Origin: the human T2T-CHM13v2.0 reference genome, Homo sapiens
Length of the DNA: 64,000 bases
Assembly: GCF_009914755.1 (NCBI RefSeq)
Contig: NC_060934.1
Reading direction: 5' to 3' (one strand)
Part shown: one piece after another, positions 23,729 to 38,407 of the stretch
Numbering within the stretch: the stretch's first letter is position 1
Layout of the letters: the number at the start of each line of letters is the position of its first letter
The notes under the pieces: model-generated
Told to the model about the DNA's origin: nothing
Databases searched by the model: none
What the model saw: the letters and a program-made list of their open reading frames with translations, nothing else
Program-made: the position numbers and the translations under genes

Positions 23729-24311
23729 ATGTTCAAATATTTCATTTTGTGCGTGTGAAAGGGAAAACACTTTGACGGATCGTTTTTGTCAGATGACACT
23801 GGTGGCTCCCCTTTTCTCCCCTCACAGTTTCTTGTTTCGAGTGCTGACTGACCCGTTTCTGAAATGGGCACCGAGCTAAGTCTGTGTGCAGCATTAGTAC
23901 CCGCTGCCTTAAAACTCAAGTTTACATTATTCATTAAAAAAAGTACATCTAGTGTTGCCTGTAATGCTGGAAACCAGTGTATCTACCTTGCTGTGTTAAA
24001 TCATGACAGTGAGACGGTGAGATGGATTCGTTTTGCACACAACATTCAAAACACTTCATATTGCCCCCACTTGTTGAAAAATAAATGTAGTTCAAATTGC
24101 CACTTTCCAGTATTTTTGAGCTTATTTAATGAGTTCTGGAACATTTATATCTAATCTATATTTTAGATAATTACTTTTTATACTTTTTTAACTCATGGTA
24201 TCCCCACTCCCCACCCCCACCTCATTTTTATTTGTCCCTTCTCAAAGCAGCCACTTAGCCCACATGGGCGAAATCAAGTCTCCAGTTATTTCTGCCACAA
24301 CTGCTTCTAAG

Positions 24312-24374
24312 GCCTCCTCCTTCTCCTCCTCCTCTTCCTCTTCCTCCTTTTCCTTCTCCTCCTCCTCTCTTCCC
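24312..24374. repeat. Polypyrimidine (CCT/CTT)n tract in the SEC61A2 3'UTR
   Basis: About 60 nt with no purines on +. Confidence 0.9.
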
Positions 24375-24615
24375 AGTGACAGCATCATCGTGCTGTTTGC
24401 CTGTATTGGCTATGCCTTCTAACTCCAACCAGTCACTTGAGAATATTCTTTCAAGATTCTGGGCCCCGATTCTTTTCTGTTTAAATCCCTAAAGCAAAGA
24501 TCTAATTCTCAAGCAATGTCTGTAGTTCAGTGGGGGTGAACAATGAATATATTCATGCTAGGAATTTGTGTCTGTTGTTGTACTCACAGCAGCAACATGA
24601 GTGTAAACAGTAGAC

Positions 24616-24665
24616 AATAAACTTTTATTTAAGAAAACTGATTCAGTTGTGTTGGAAAAAATAAA
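24616..24665. terminator. Two-strand poly(A) signal cluster (SEC61A2 on +, distal NUDT5 on -)
   Basis: AATAAA on + at 24616-24621 and 24660-24665; TTTATT (AATAAA on -) at 24624-24629. Confidence 0.65.
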
Positions 24666-26860
24666 GAAATCTGATATTAAACGTTTTCTAAGATCATTTG
24701 TATAGGTTCAGTGTATTCATAAGAAGTCCACCCTGAGATGCCTGTAAAAGTCAAATGTAATTACACTTCAAACTTTAATCCTAAATTATTGACAGATAGA
24801 TAGATAGTGACCAACTTAAGGGTAATCATATATGTGACTAACATTTGGGAGGAAACAGGAAAACAGTGGTCTCAAAACAACAATATCCCAGTCTCCATTT
24901 GAAAGAGCATAGATCTTGGTAAATCATTTTGAAAACTATGTGCTTTATTTCCCAAAAGATCAAACTTAATTTTTAAAAGACACCCTTTTCAGAAGTATGG
25001 GTTTTCATTGCTGTTTAGTTTCTTAGGTGTGGTATGTCTTACGTAGCTTATGCTTACAAAGCCAAATAATCGCAGGGCAAGGCAGATAAAGGCAGGCAGG
25101 ATAGTGACAGTGGCTCGGTGAGCATCCGCCAAGGGCCTCAGACCACTGTTACCATAAAAACATCCACCCAGTGTTATGACGTCCGATTTTTTTTTCCCTT
25201 AAGAAGGTGGAAATATGGCTTTTAATACATAGGAAACCTTCAGTTTTTAAATGCAGGGCAAATAAACATTTTTAAACAGTGCCAGCCAGACTGCCAGTTC
25301 TCAAACAGACTGAATTTCCAAAGCACAACCTTTTCATGTTTATAAAAAATAGAAATGGCATTTAGGGATACATTCTAGGATTTGGCTCTGACTTCTAAGT
25401 TGCACTCTTAGGAAGAAGGAGAGGATAAGCTTAGGTCAGCTGCAGAGGTCATTCCCATGGGGAGTGGCTGGGGAGGAACTGGGCTATGTGGAAAGACTGG
25501 GCTGCGCCCGTCTACGGATGCCTTCTCTCTTGATTTCAATGATTGATAGCATGTGGCTTTCAGACCTAAGGAAGAGTTAGAGCTTTGGAGAATCACAATG
25601 CCTGTGATTGAAATCAGGATTTAAAAAAGGGTTAGAGGCATAGGGGAAGGCTACCATTACAGGAAGTAGTTGGATCTTAATTTTCACATGTATAGGGCTA
25701 GACAGCTTCATCTGTAAAGTTCTGTATTTCCATAATTGTTTTATCTTTAGGAAGTCCAGTGTAAAGATCTTACAGTTTCACTCATAAAAATATCCTGGGC
25801 TCAGACAGTGAGCCTGTGGACAAACGGAGGCTACTGCAGCATTCTGGCATTAGCACTCTGATTTTATCTGGAGAGCCCTTTCATATGGTTCTCAGGGCCT
25901 GGCTTACCCGCTGGAGCCAGGCTAGAAACATGACTTAGGGCTGGATGAGAATCATCCTGAGAATTCCGTGGGGGCCAGACTGGAAAGTCCTGGAAAATCA
26001 TGGAGCTGCTGGAGGCCCTAAAAGTCAACACAAAAAGAGCTAAACTCACTCAAGAAGCTAAGAAAATGGCCCAGGAACACTGGTAGAACTGCTAGATGAC
26101 AGGGTTTCAGGCATGGGAACCAGATCAATCTGTACTTCTTGCTGTGAACTACTCTGTATTGGGTTTCAGGTACTGGCTGATCTTGCTGGTTCTGTTCATG
26201 GTTTAACATCAAGATATTACTGCCCCAAACATGTCAGTCTTACAGATTTGTTTTCAGAAACTTCAAGTACTCTTTGAGGTAAGAATAGGAAAAGAGATCC
26301 TCAAGCACGTGCAGATGCTTGCGGGATGGACCTGAATTTTCATTAGTCTCCTAGCCTTGGTGTAGTGAATGGAGTCAACCGTTTTCCTTACTTAAAAGCT
26401 GGTTCAGCCTCAGTAAATAGATGAACTGAAAACTAGTAGAGGATTCTATCGAACCCTACCCTAGTTGGATTCAACTACCCTAGATAAATTTTGCATAGTA
26501 AAAATTCAATTAGAAGAGGCCAAAAAGCCTTTTTTTTCTTTTTAACGCTGTTTTAAACACTAACGGAGTACATGGTTATTTGCATACCCAGCTTAGAATT
26601 TTATATTGGGGGTTGAGAGTGGAAATGACCTAATTGAGAACTCAGGTCTATTTCTCTATACAAATACCCCTGTCTACCAGACTGGACTAGAAAAGTAACT
26701 GAGCTGTAGTTAACTGCTGTTGAGCTTTAAAAAAATTGGAGTAAACATACTTGCATTTATATTCTTTGTTAATTTTAGCTGGAGTTATAACAAATTTAAA
26801 GGAAGGTCACAACCTACCTGTAATTACAATTCCATACCACCACCACATCTGTTCTGTGCT

Positions 26861-26866
26861 TTTATT
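26861..26866 (-). terminator. Proximal NUDT5 poly(A) signal
   Basis: TTTATT on + = AATAAA on -, about 110 nt after the NUDT5 stop. Confidence 0.7.
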
Positions 26867-26975
26867 TTACGAAAAAGCTAATGGCAAATCTACATTAAAC
26901 TAAGTTGAATACAAAGTCTTAGTGAAGAAGGCCTGGTGGTCTCGTTTACAAAAATGGCCAGTGTCATATTTGGGC

Positions 26976-27113
<138 letters not shown>

Positions 27114-27301
27114 TCATGCCGTTAAGGAAGGACAAAACATCTTATTCAATCAGTGTTTGCGCAGCAGGTACTACTATATGTCACTTCCTATGCTAGATGC
27201 TGGTGATAACGTTTTTTTTGGTCTATAAGGATCTTAAAGAATAAAGACTATAAAGGCAAGATTACATTCCTAGCATGAGACAAGAACATCAGGGATAATG
27301 A

Positions 27302-27578
<277 letters not shown>

Positions 27579-28037
27579 TGAGCTACCGCACCCAGCCAGG
27601 GATGATTTTATGTGTTAAAACAGCAAAGTTGGAAGTGTATAGAGCCAATCGCTATACCTCATTTATAGCTGGGGTAGGGCTTTGCTTTTCTGAAACCAGA
27701 TGGTGATGATTATGTAGGATCTTAGGGATTCCATCTTTTCTGCTGCTAGGGGATACATATGTTCCCCCGGCAAGTTAAACTGTGTGCATGTTAGGACTGG
27801 AGATCTACTACCAAGAATGCGGTCTCAGGACCTTATTACCACAGGCTTTCATTAAAATTTGTTTCACTCAGATGGAGGTTGCCAGATGTAAAATCAGCCT
27901 CTTGTTTTCCTAGCCGCTTGTTTGGGAACAAGCCTGGGGACATTTGCAGGCAGGAAGCATGTCCTACTCACCTGGGCACAGCAGGTGCTTGGTAACTGGC
28001 AGATGCTACTCTTTGTAGCAAACTGATCTTTTTTTAA

Positions 28038-28160
<123 letters not shown>

Positions 28161-28531
28161 TGAGTAGCTGGGACTACCGGCATGTACCACCATGCCTGGC
28201 TAATTTTTGTATTTTTAGTAGAGATGGGGTTTTACTATGTTGGCCAGGCTGGTCTGGAGCTCCTGACCTCAAGTGATCAGCCTACCTCGGCCTCCCAAAG
28301 TGCTGGGATTACAGGCGTGAGCCACCGCACCCGGCCAGCAAACTGATCTTAAAATGTAATACTTTCCTTCCGACTTCTCAAATGTTGCTGGTTGAATAAA
28401 CGGTTTGATTACTGTATTTTGATTCTGCTAAAGCTAGGCAACTTGGTTCTTTTACCCCTCCTCCTTTATAGCCATAGTAGCCCTCTCTCCACCTCCCCTC
28501 ACTTATTCTATTTTTTTCTCCCTTTTCTAAG

Positions 28532-28601
28532 ACCAAAAGTGAAGTTAAGAAGGTGGAAGGGAGAAGGAAGACATTTTACAAAAAGGATACTCTTCTACTA
28601 A
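28532..28601 (+). CDS. SEC61A2: SEC61A2 alternative terminal exon, coding part (R-PKVKLRRWKGEGRHFTKRILFY*), giving a 437-aa isoform
   Basis: Long pyrimidine tract plus ctaag|A acceptor; phase matches the exon 11 end (AG|A = Arg); AATAAA downstream at 29212-29217. Confidence 0.7.
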
Positions 28602-28805
28602 AAGATAACCCCGCACGGCATTTCACACTTGCCTACGTCACCCTGCTTTCCACGCACCTCCTCAGAGGGAGGGGCTGTTATTGTTCCTGTTTTATGAAAA
28701 AAGCCGAGAGAGGCTACAGAACCTGTTTGATGTGATAGCTAATTATGGTCCGCGGAGCCTCAAACCGAGTCGGGCCTGTGACTCCGAGCTGCGCTGCCTC
28801 GTATT
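28600..28805 (-). mobile_element. Diverged MIR in the UTR of the alternative SEC61A2 exon
   Basis: ttattgttcctgttttatgaaaaaagccgagagagg...tgactccgag resembles the MIR core. Confidence 0.45.
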
Positions 28806-29211
28806 GATTGTCATGCCTTTCTCCAAATACGCACCAGATAAACTATTGTATCTATTCAGTATGATTGTTCTAACTCTGGCTTTGAGCTGTCGAGGTGGCT
28901 TCTACCTTAGGTCTAGTTTTTGGAAAGGTGAAGCAGGAGTGGAAGCTCTCTAAGGGATACGAAATCTGATTTTATCCAAAGAAATCACAGCAGCCTTTGA
29001 AAGACACATTCAGATTTTCAAACAAACAACAGACAATTCAAAACCAGGCGCTCTGCTTATTCACTGAAACCGTAAGCTGCTGAAACTCAGGGAAAAGCTT
29101 AAGAAACTGGTCTTAAAGCTTCAGGCCAAACAATGCTTCAAATCACATTTGAAGTAATCACTTAAAAACAGTAGAAAAATCAGTTATCAATTACCTAAAA
29201 CACTTATACCC

Positions 29212-29217
29212 AATAAA
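29212..29217 (+). terminator. Poly(A) signal for the alternative SEC61A2 terminal exon
   Basis: AATAAA about 610 nt after the alternative stop codon. Confidence 0.55.
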
Positions 29218-29311
29218 ATATTCCCATGATGACAAGTGTCTGCTTCTTTCTAGATGAGTGAAAGGGATTTGCCAGCCCATACAGAGGTGCTCCTTGAAGG
29301 GCCCATGGTAT

Positions 29312-29376
29312 GTCTCCATACAGTATCTCCTCGTCTCCACACAGTATCTCCTCATGTCTCCATACAGTATCTCCTC
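29312..29376. repeat. Minisatellite, 3 copies of GTCTCCAYACAGTATCTCCTC (21 nt)
   Basis: Units at 29312-29332, 29333-29353 and 29356-29376. Confidence 0.92.
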
Positions 29377-29990
29377 TCGTGGTTTTATCAAAGGACTTTT
29401 CTCCCCATAAGCTTACTGTTTACAAAGTCTCTAAAAGATGGGTGGCCAAGAATTATACAAAGCATCTACATGACCAGTGATTTCTAAGGGCCACACAGCT
29501 GGTTTGGTTTATTATGTGAAAAGCATATCACACGGAGTATACAGGAAATACCTCAAGTATTTGTTGAAGGAGCATCATCAATTTCTCCTTGAACATACAG
29601 CCTCCACAAAGGACCATCCCTCATACTAGCATACTTGAGGAAAAGCTAACAGCTTATCTACCCACACCTTTGCATTGCTATGGACTGAAGGTTTAAAGTG
29701 TAGAATCGTTTTGGCTACTCAGCAGGAATGTCATCTGGGCCATTCTGTAGGAGAAAAAGCCTCTACCAAAAGTTTGCACTTGACCCAGAATGCTTTGCTC
29801 TTATTTTCAAACTCTGTGCCACCCAGAAAGGAAAATTAGTAGTGGTCACCTGCAGTTTTACAAGTTGCTAGGCATTTGACTTTAGTGATACAAAAAAGAT
29901 AAAGAAATGGAGTTATATTTAGTACCCAGTTTGCTGGGATGGGGACGGGGAGAACTGGAGAAACTGGGTGGCGGTCTGGAGAATGCTTAC

Positions 29991-30044
29991 CATCAAGTCT
30001 CTGCAGCAGGTCATTCTTGGGTAAAGAAATGACTTCCACAAACT
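29991..30044 (-). CDS. NUDT5: NUDT5 exon (EFVEVISLPKNDLLQRLD)
   Basis: gtttag|AG...GAT G|gtaagc; 54 nt; lies within ORF 29836..30063. Confidence 0.97.
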
Positions 30045-30173
30045 CTAAACAGACAAAGTGCAAGTGAAAACAAAGCTAACGTCAAGAGCCTACCAAAACA
30101 ACCCAAAATGTCTGCAGCCATCACCACTACACTAAGTCATACACGCTCGGCCACCAGGAGTTGCAGAACATAC

Positions 30174-30182
30174 CTCCATCCC
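30174..30182 (-). CDS. NUDT5: NUDT5 9-nt micro-exon (GGGATGGAG; G-D-G-E)
   Basis: ttatttccag|GGGATGGAG|gtatgt; needed to give ...PKPKPGDGEFVEV... Confidence 0.95.
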
Positions 30183-30394
30183 CTGGAAATAAACAGAAGG
30201 AAAACATTTCAGCAAGGCCTGGAGTGGTAACATCGGAAGACTTTTATACAAGAGGCGTCAAAAAGGCTTTGAGAATTTCACAGAAGCCTGGGTTTCTGCT
30301 AACTTAATTTATATACATTGTCAAACTCGAGCAGTATGAAGTTATTGTTCTCCACATAATGTTAAGTAGCAAAATTTAAAGCATATTCGATAGT

Positions 30395-30920
30395 ATGTAT
30401 ATTTTTATAGATATGAATCTGCGTATTATGTAAAATATACAGAACATATAAAAACTTACCTTTTAACCACTATGAAGGTACAATTCAGTAGCATTAAATA
30501 ACATTCAAAAAGGTGCACAACCACCACCAGTATCCATCTCCAGAACTTTTCATGACACCCAACAGAAACTCGGGATCCACTCAACACTAATTCCCCATCC
30601 CTAGTAGCGCTTACTCTACTGTCTTCCTCTATCAGTTTGTCTATTCTGGGCACCCAGATACGTAGAATCAGAGTATTTGCCCATCATGTTATCGCATGTT
30701 TCAGCGTGTATGTGTGTTTGTGTGTATACCACACTTTGTGGATGCATTCATCTGCTGGCAGACACCTGGGTTGTTTCCACAGAGGCGGCCATGAACACAG
30801 GCACGCAAGTATATGAGTCCCTGTTTCACTTCTTCTGGGTGTAGACTTAGGAGATGAAATGCCAGATCATATAATAATTCTGTATCTAATATGCTGAGGA
30901 ACTGCCAAACTTTTCCACAG
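30395..30920 (-). mobile_element. L1MB-type 3' fragment
   Basis: gtacaattcagtagcattaaata...tgcacaaccaccaccagtatccatctccagaac...gaggaactgccaaacttttccacag. Confidence 0.7.
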
Positions 30921-30954
30921 TGTCTCATATGTATATGTGCAGTTCAAAAATTAA

Positions 30955-31371
<417 letters not shown>

Positions 31372-31970
31372 TAAAGAATATCACTGATACTGATTTACTG
31401 TGGTGCACATATAAATACCCCCTTTAAAAGGATGGGAGAGACAACACGGAATTGACAGAGACATCACAGCTTTTGAATCCAAAGTTGCTAAGAAATATTA
31501 TAGAGCAAAGAGAAATAGTGAATAATCTGCTGCCGGTTAACAATTACTTAGGCCATTTTTTTTTTTTTAAGAGAGACATGGTCTCATTCTGTCACAGAGT
31601 GGCACCATCATAGCTCCTCCAACTCCTGGGCTTAAGTGATCCTCCTGCCTCACCTTCCAGAGCAGCTGGGACTACAGGGGAACTTAGGCCATTCTTAAAA
31701 TATACATGAAGACAGAAACCAGGGTGATTTAAGTTTCTCACTGTTTACTACTTAAGCCTGCAGCTCATATTACTAAGTGGGAATACACTTCATATAGAAA
31801 ACAGGGAAATATGTCATTTAACATTTTTTTACAAAGAAAGCGTAAAGATGAATGAAGTGGCAAAAGAAAAATGCTAAAATACATGATTAGGAAGAGAGAC
31901 AAGAATACTGATGAAGTCTATTTGAAAGACCGATTCTTTCCATGAAAGACTACATTCTTTTAATAAATCA

Positions 31971-32159
<189 letters not shown>

Positions 32160-32492
32160 TCAGATGCGTCAGTCCCTTTGGCATTTGTTTCACTATGGTC
32201 TTAGGAAGAAGATGCGTCCCGCAGCTCAGCATTGACGTGGAGGTGATGCGGGAAAACTAGTTCTCACATTTGGTAGGCAGATCTGCAGGCTGCAAAGCAT
32301 CTGGGCACTCACACTCTCCCCAGAGCTCTCGAGTCAAGCTTGCTAGGTCTGCGGGGTTAGATGGTACTGTCAAGTCATAAAATCCCTTCACCACATCAAA
32401 CTCAAAAAAATCTTCCAGTGATGAGGGTAGCACATGCATGAGATGGGTGAGCAACAAAACTCAGGGGGTAGGAAATTCCTAAAGGCAATTGA

Positions 32493-33100
<608 letters not shown>

Positions 33101-33501
33101 TCATTGGTGTGATGGGAGCGGGAAATCCGGTTCTTTAAACCCTCCTTTTTTTTTTTTGAGATGGAGTCTCACTCTGTCGCCCAGGCTGGAGTGCAGTGGT
33201 GCGATCTCGGCCCACTGCAACCTCCGCCCGTCCAGGTTTAAGCAATTCTCTGCTTCAGCCTCCAGAGTAGCTGGGATTACAGGCGCGTGCCACCACGCCC
33301 AGCTAATTTTTTGTATTTTTAGTAGAGATGGGGTTTCACCATCTTAGCCAGGCTGGTCTTGAATTCTTGATCTCATGATCCACCCACGTCAGCCTCCCAA
33401 AGTGCTGGGATTACAGGTGTGAGCCACTGCGCCCGGCTGAACCCCTCATTCTTGTAACACACCTGCTGCTGCGCTACGTTAGGAGAATCGGAGCACTGTG
33501 A

Positions 33502-33728
<227 letters not shown>

Positions 33729-34374
33729 TAATTTGTATTTAGTCTCACCATGTTGGCCAGGCTGCTTTCGAACTCCTGGCCTCAAGTGATTCACCCGCCT
33801 CAGCCTCCCAAAGTGCTGGGATTACAGGCATGAGCCACTGTGCCCAGCTTGGAATTTTTATAGAAACAAAAAGGCGAAAGAATAAAACTCTGAGCAGATG
33901 AATCAGGTTCTGAAGGCATCATCCAGTCGTCCTATTCAGACCCAGATCCATCATGAGCCTTCACGACCATCTCCACGCTGCTCTGCACAGCACGGGCAGC
34001 ATCTGTGAGGAGATGTGACTTGGTGGTGACCAACTGGCTTAGGCTTGGGAGCTTGCTGTGTGGCTGCAGCACAGGAAGCCTGCTCATATTCTGCTTCCTC
34101 ACACGTAGGATGCTGACAGCATCACCTGTCTTGTCTTCCTCCCTCATAGTAAAACACCGAGGCCTGGGAATGAAAGGCCAGAAAGGAGCAAACTGGTGGC
34201 CATTAAGGGGACTCCCATGGCCACTGTGAGGAGTGAACAGAGAGGCCAAGGAAGAGGAAGGGAGCAGCAACGCAGACTCTTTTTCCTGAAAGGAATTAAA
34301 AAATATAATAAGGCTGGGCGTGGCGGCCCACACCTGTAACCCCAGCACTTTGGGAGGCCGAGGCGGGCAGATCA

Positions 34375-34653
<279 letters not shown>

Positions 34654-34755
34654 TCACGCCTGTAATCCCAACACTTTGGGAGGCTGAGGCAGGAGGATCA
34701 CTTGAGGCCAGGAGTTTGGGGCCAGCCTGGGTGACAAAGCAAAACCCCATCTCTA

Positions 34756-35001
<246 letters not shown>

Positions 35002-35360
35002 TTAGAGATCAGCCTGGGCAACATGGCAAAACCCCATCTCTACAAAAAAATACAAAAAATGAGGTGGGAGGATCACCTCAGCCTGGGGAGGTTGAGGCTG
35101 CAATGGGCTGTGATGGTGCCGGAGCACACCAGCCTCAGCAACAGAGACCCCATCTCAAAGAAAAAAGAAAAAGTGAGAGAAGAATTTATTCACGTTAATA
35201 TTAAAAGTAATTAAATAGCCTGGCCAGGCGTGGTGGCTCACGCCTGTAATCCCAGCACTTTGGGAGGCCGAGACCAGCCTGACCAACATGGAGAAACCCC
35301 GTCTCTACTGAGAATACAAAATTAGCCGGGTGTGGTGGCACATGCCTGTAATCCCAGCTA

Positions 35361-35540
<180 letters not shown>

Positions 35541-35767
35541 TCATAGTTGTTAACCATGTGTTACCAGCAGCTAGCCTTTTAAAATATAAAACTTTGGCTG
35601 GGTGTGGTAGTTTAGGCCTGTAATCCCAGCACTTTGAGAGGCCAAGGTGGGTGGATCACTTGAGGTCAGGAGTTCGAGACCAATCTGGTGAACATGGTGA
35701 GAGCCCATCTCTACTAAAAATACAAAAATTAGCCGGGTGTGGTGGCTCATGCCTATAATCCCAGCTA

Positions 35768-35900
<133 letters not shown>

Positions 35901-36100
35901 TCACTAATAACAAATAGATGAGATTTAATCTCTTTAGATGGGAACAATCCAATAAAGTCCTACAATAATATAGGGCAATAAATTTTGGAGAGCTTTAATT
36001 ACTGTGCAAGAAAAATATTCTAGTTGAAATGAAGAGTCTCCTTGGCCTGTTTCCGCACAGCAGAGCAAACCGTCTTCTCCATTCACATTTCTTGGAGTTA

Positions 36101-36419
<319 letters not shown>

Positions 36420-36530
36420 TTATCATTGGAAATTTCCATTAGCAGATGGCTAATGACAAACAATCAAATAAGCTGAGAAGGGGAAGGGCAATTACTCAAA
36501 AGGCTGGAGACGGCAGGGTGCAAGGGCTCA

Positions 36531-36954
<424 letters not shown>

Positions 36955-37007
36955 TTAAAACCACAAGGACAGATTAAAAACTGCAGAGCTGAGCTTTGCA
37001 GTTCTCA

Positions 37008-37205
<198 letters not shown>

Positions 37206-38357
37206 CTAATGAGAGGTCAGCAATGCCAGCACATTGTTTAGAGCAAGCTAATGAAAACCCCAGACTTTAAGAAACTCCGTTTTAATCTACAATACTGGCA
37301 GTTAATATTGGAAGCTATTTTAAAAATGTAATTAAAAATCATCACTTCCATGTTGTTTACACTTTCTTTTTTAAACAAAAAGGCTGTTTAATTGTCACAG
37401 TTTCTTAAACTAAAATCGGAACTAAAACGAAACATTTCCTACAGGGTCAAGGATGTAAGGTTTCTGACTACACTGACCTTCCACAGAACCACTTTCCAGC
37501 GTGTGGCAGCCCTACCACTGGTGAGGCCACAGCCATCCCTGTGCTCCTGGGTCAACTTTGAGCAAGAAATCAAGTAAGTTCCACTGTCTGCAATAAATGC
37601 TAGCAAGACTGATTTTCCAGTTTTAGGGTAAAAGACCTTTCCTCTCAAGTTACTTGGCCTTCATTAAAACCTAAGAAAAACAAAAACGACTGGGTTTCAG
37701 AAAACACAAAGCACCCAGGAGGGTCCCCTGGCTCCCCACAGCTTCCTATCTGTGAAGCCAGCAGCAGCAGCATAGCTACTGTTTGCTTCCAGCAAAAATG
37801 GAAACCAAAACTAAATGGAAAAATAAGAAAAGCCTAGTGCCCAACTTCCCCTCGACCAGAGTGATTCTCAGGATTGTTTGTAGGCTCTTTGCAGTCAAGG
37901 CATTCATGCCTGGAGGGGAGGGTGAATGGAATAGGCTTTGCCCAATTAATTCCGTGTCCTCATCAACCTGTAAAGCAAGTGGTCCATAAGCATGAAGGTG
38001 TGCCAAGTAACTTTCCAAACTAAAGCCTCTCATCTAGATCCTTCCAACAGGACACAAGGACTTCTAGAAGTCATAACACGTCTAGACACAGGTGTGGCTT
38101 CAAACTATATTGATTTACATTTAGTTATAAACATTAGAACAACTTCCCCTCAAAAACAATGTTTTGGGCTTAGATAACAGAAGCCAGAAGTTACTTATAA
38201 AGAAAGCTTAATTTCGTTACATAGTATGGCAAAACCTAAGCGGAGATTTAAAGACACAACATCCTAATAGAAGTTAACTTGGTTCCATTGAAAACCCTCT
38301 TACGATCACAAGTGCTAACTTCCTTTCTAAAGGGTTGGAATAGGTTTGCACTCCTAC

Positions 38358-38407
38358 CATCCGCAGTCTGCTCTTTCCTGGTTGTACGTTTCACTGATTC
38401 CCAAGTT
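38358..38407 (-). CDS. NUDT5: NUDT5 exon (RTWESVKRTTRKEQTAD)
   Basis: gaacag|A ACT...GAT G|gtagga; 50 nt. Confidence 0.97.

Larger units (their letters stand above)
23729..24690 (+). other. SEC61A2: SEC61A2 3'UTR (end approximate)
   Basis: Follows the stop codon; AATAAA at 24080-24085, 24616-24621 and 24660-24665. Confidence 0.75.

Noticed and set aside
24195-24422. Ser-rich + strand ORF in the SEC61A2 3'UTR
   Set aside because: Explained by the TCC/TCT low-complexity tract, which contains no stop codons
29191-29487. ORFs with repeated LHTVSP / RRYCME motifs; superficially CRISPR-like
   Set aside because: Simple tandem 21-nt repeat with no spacers, in a eukaryotic intron
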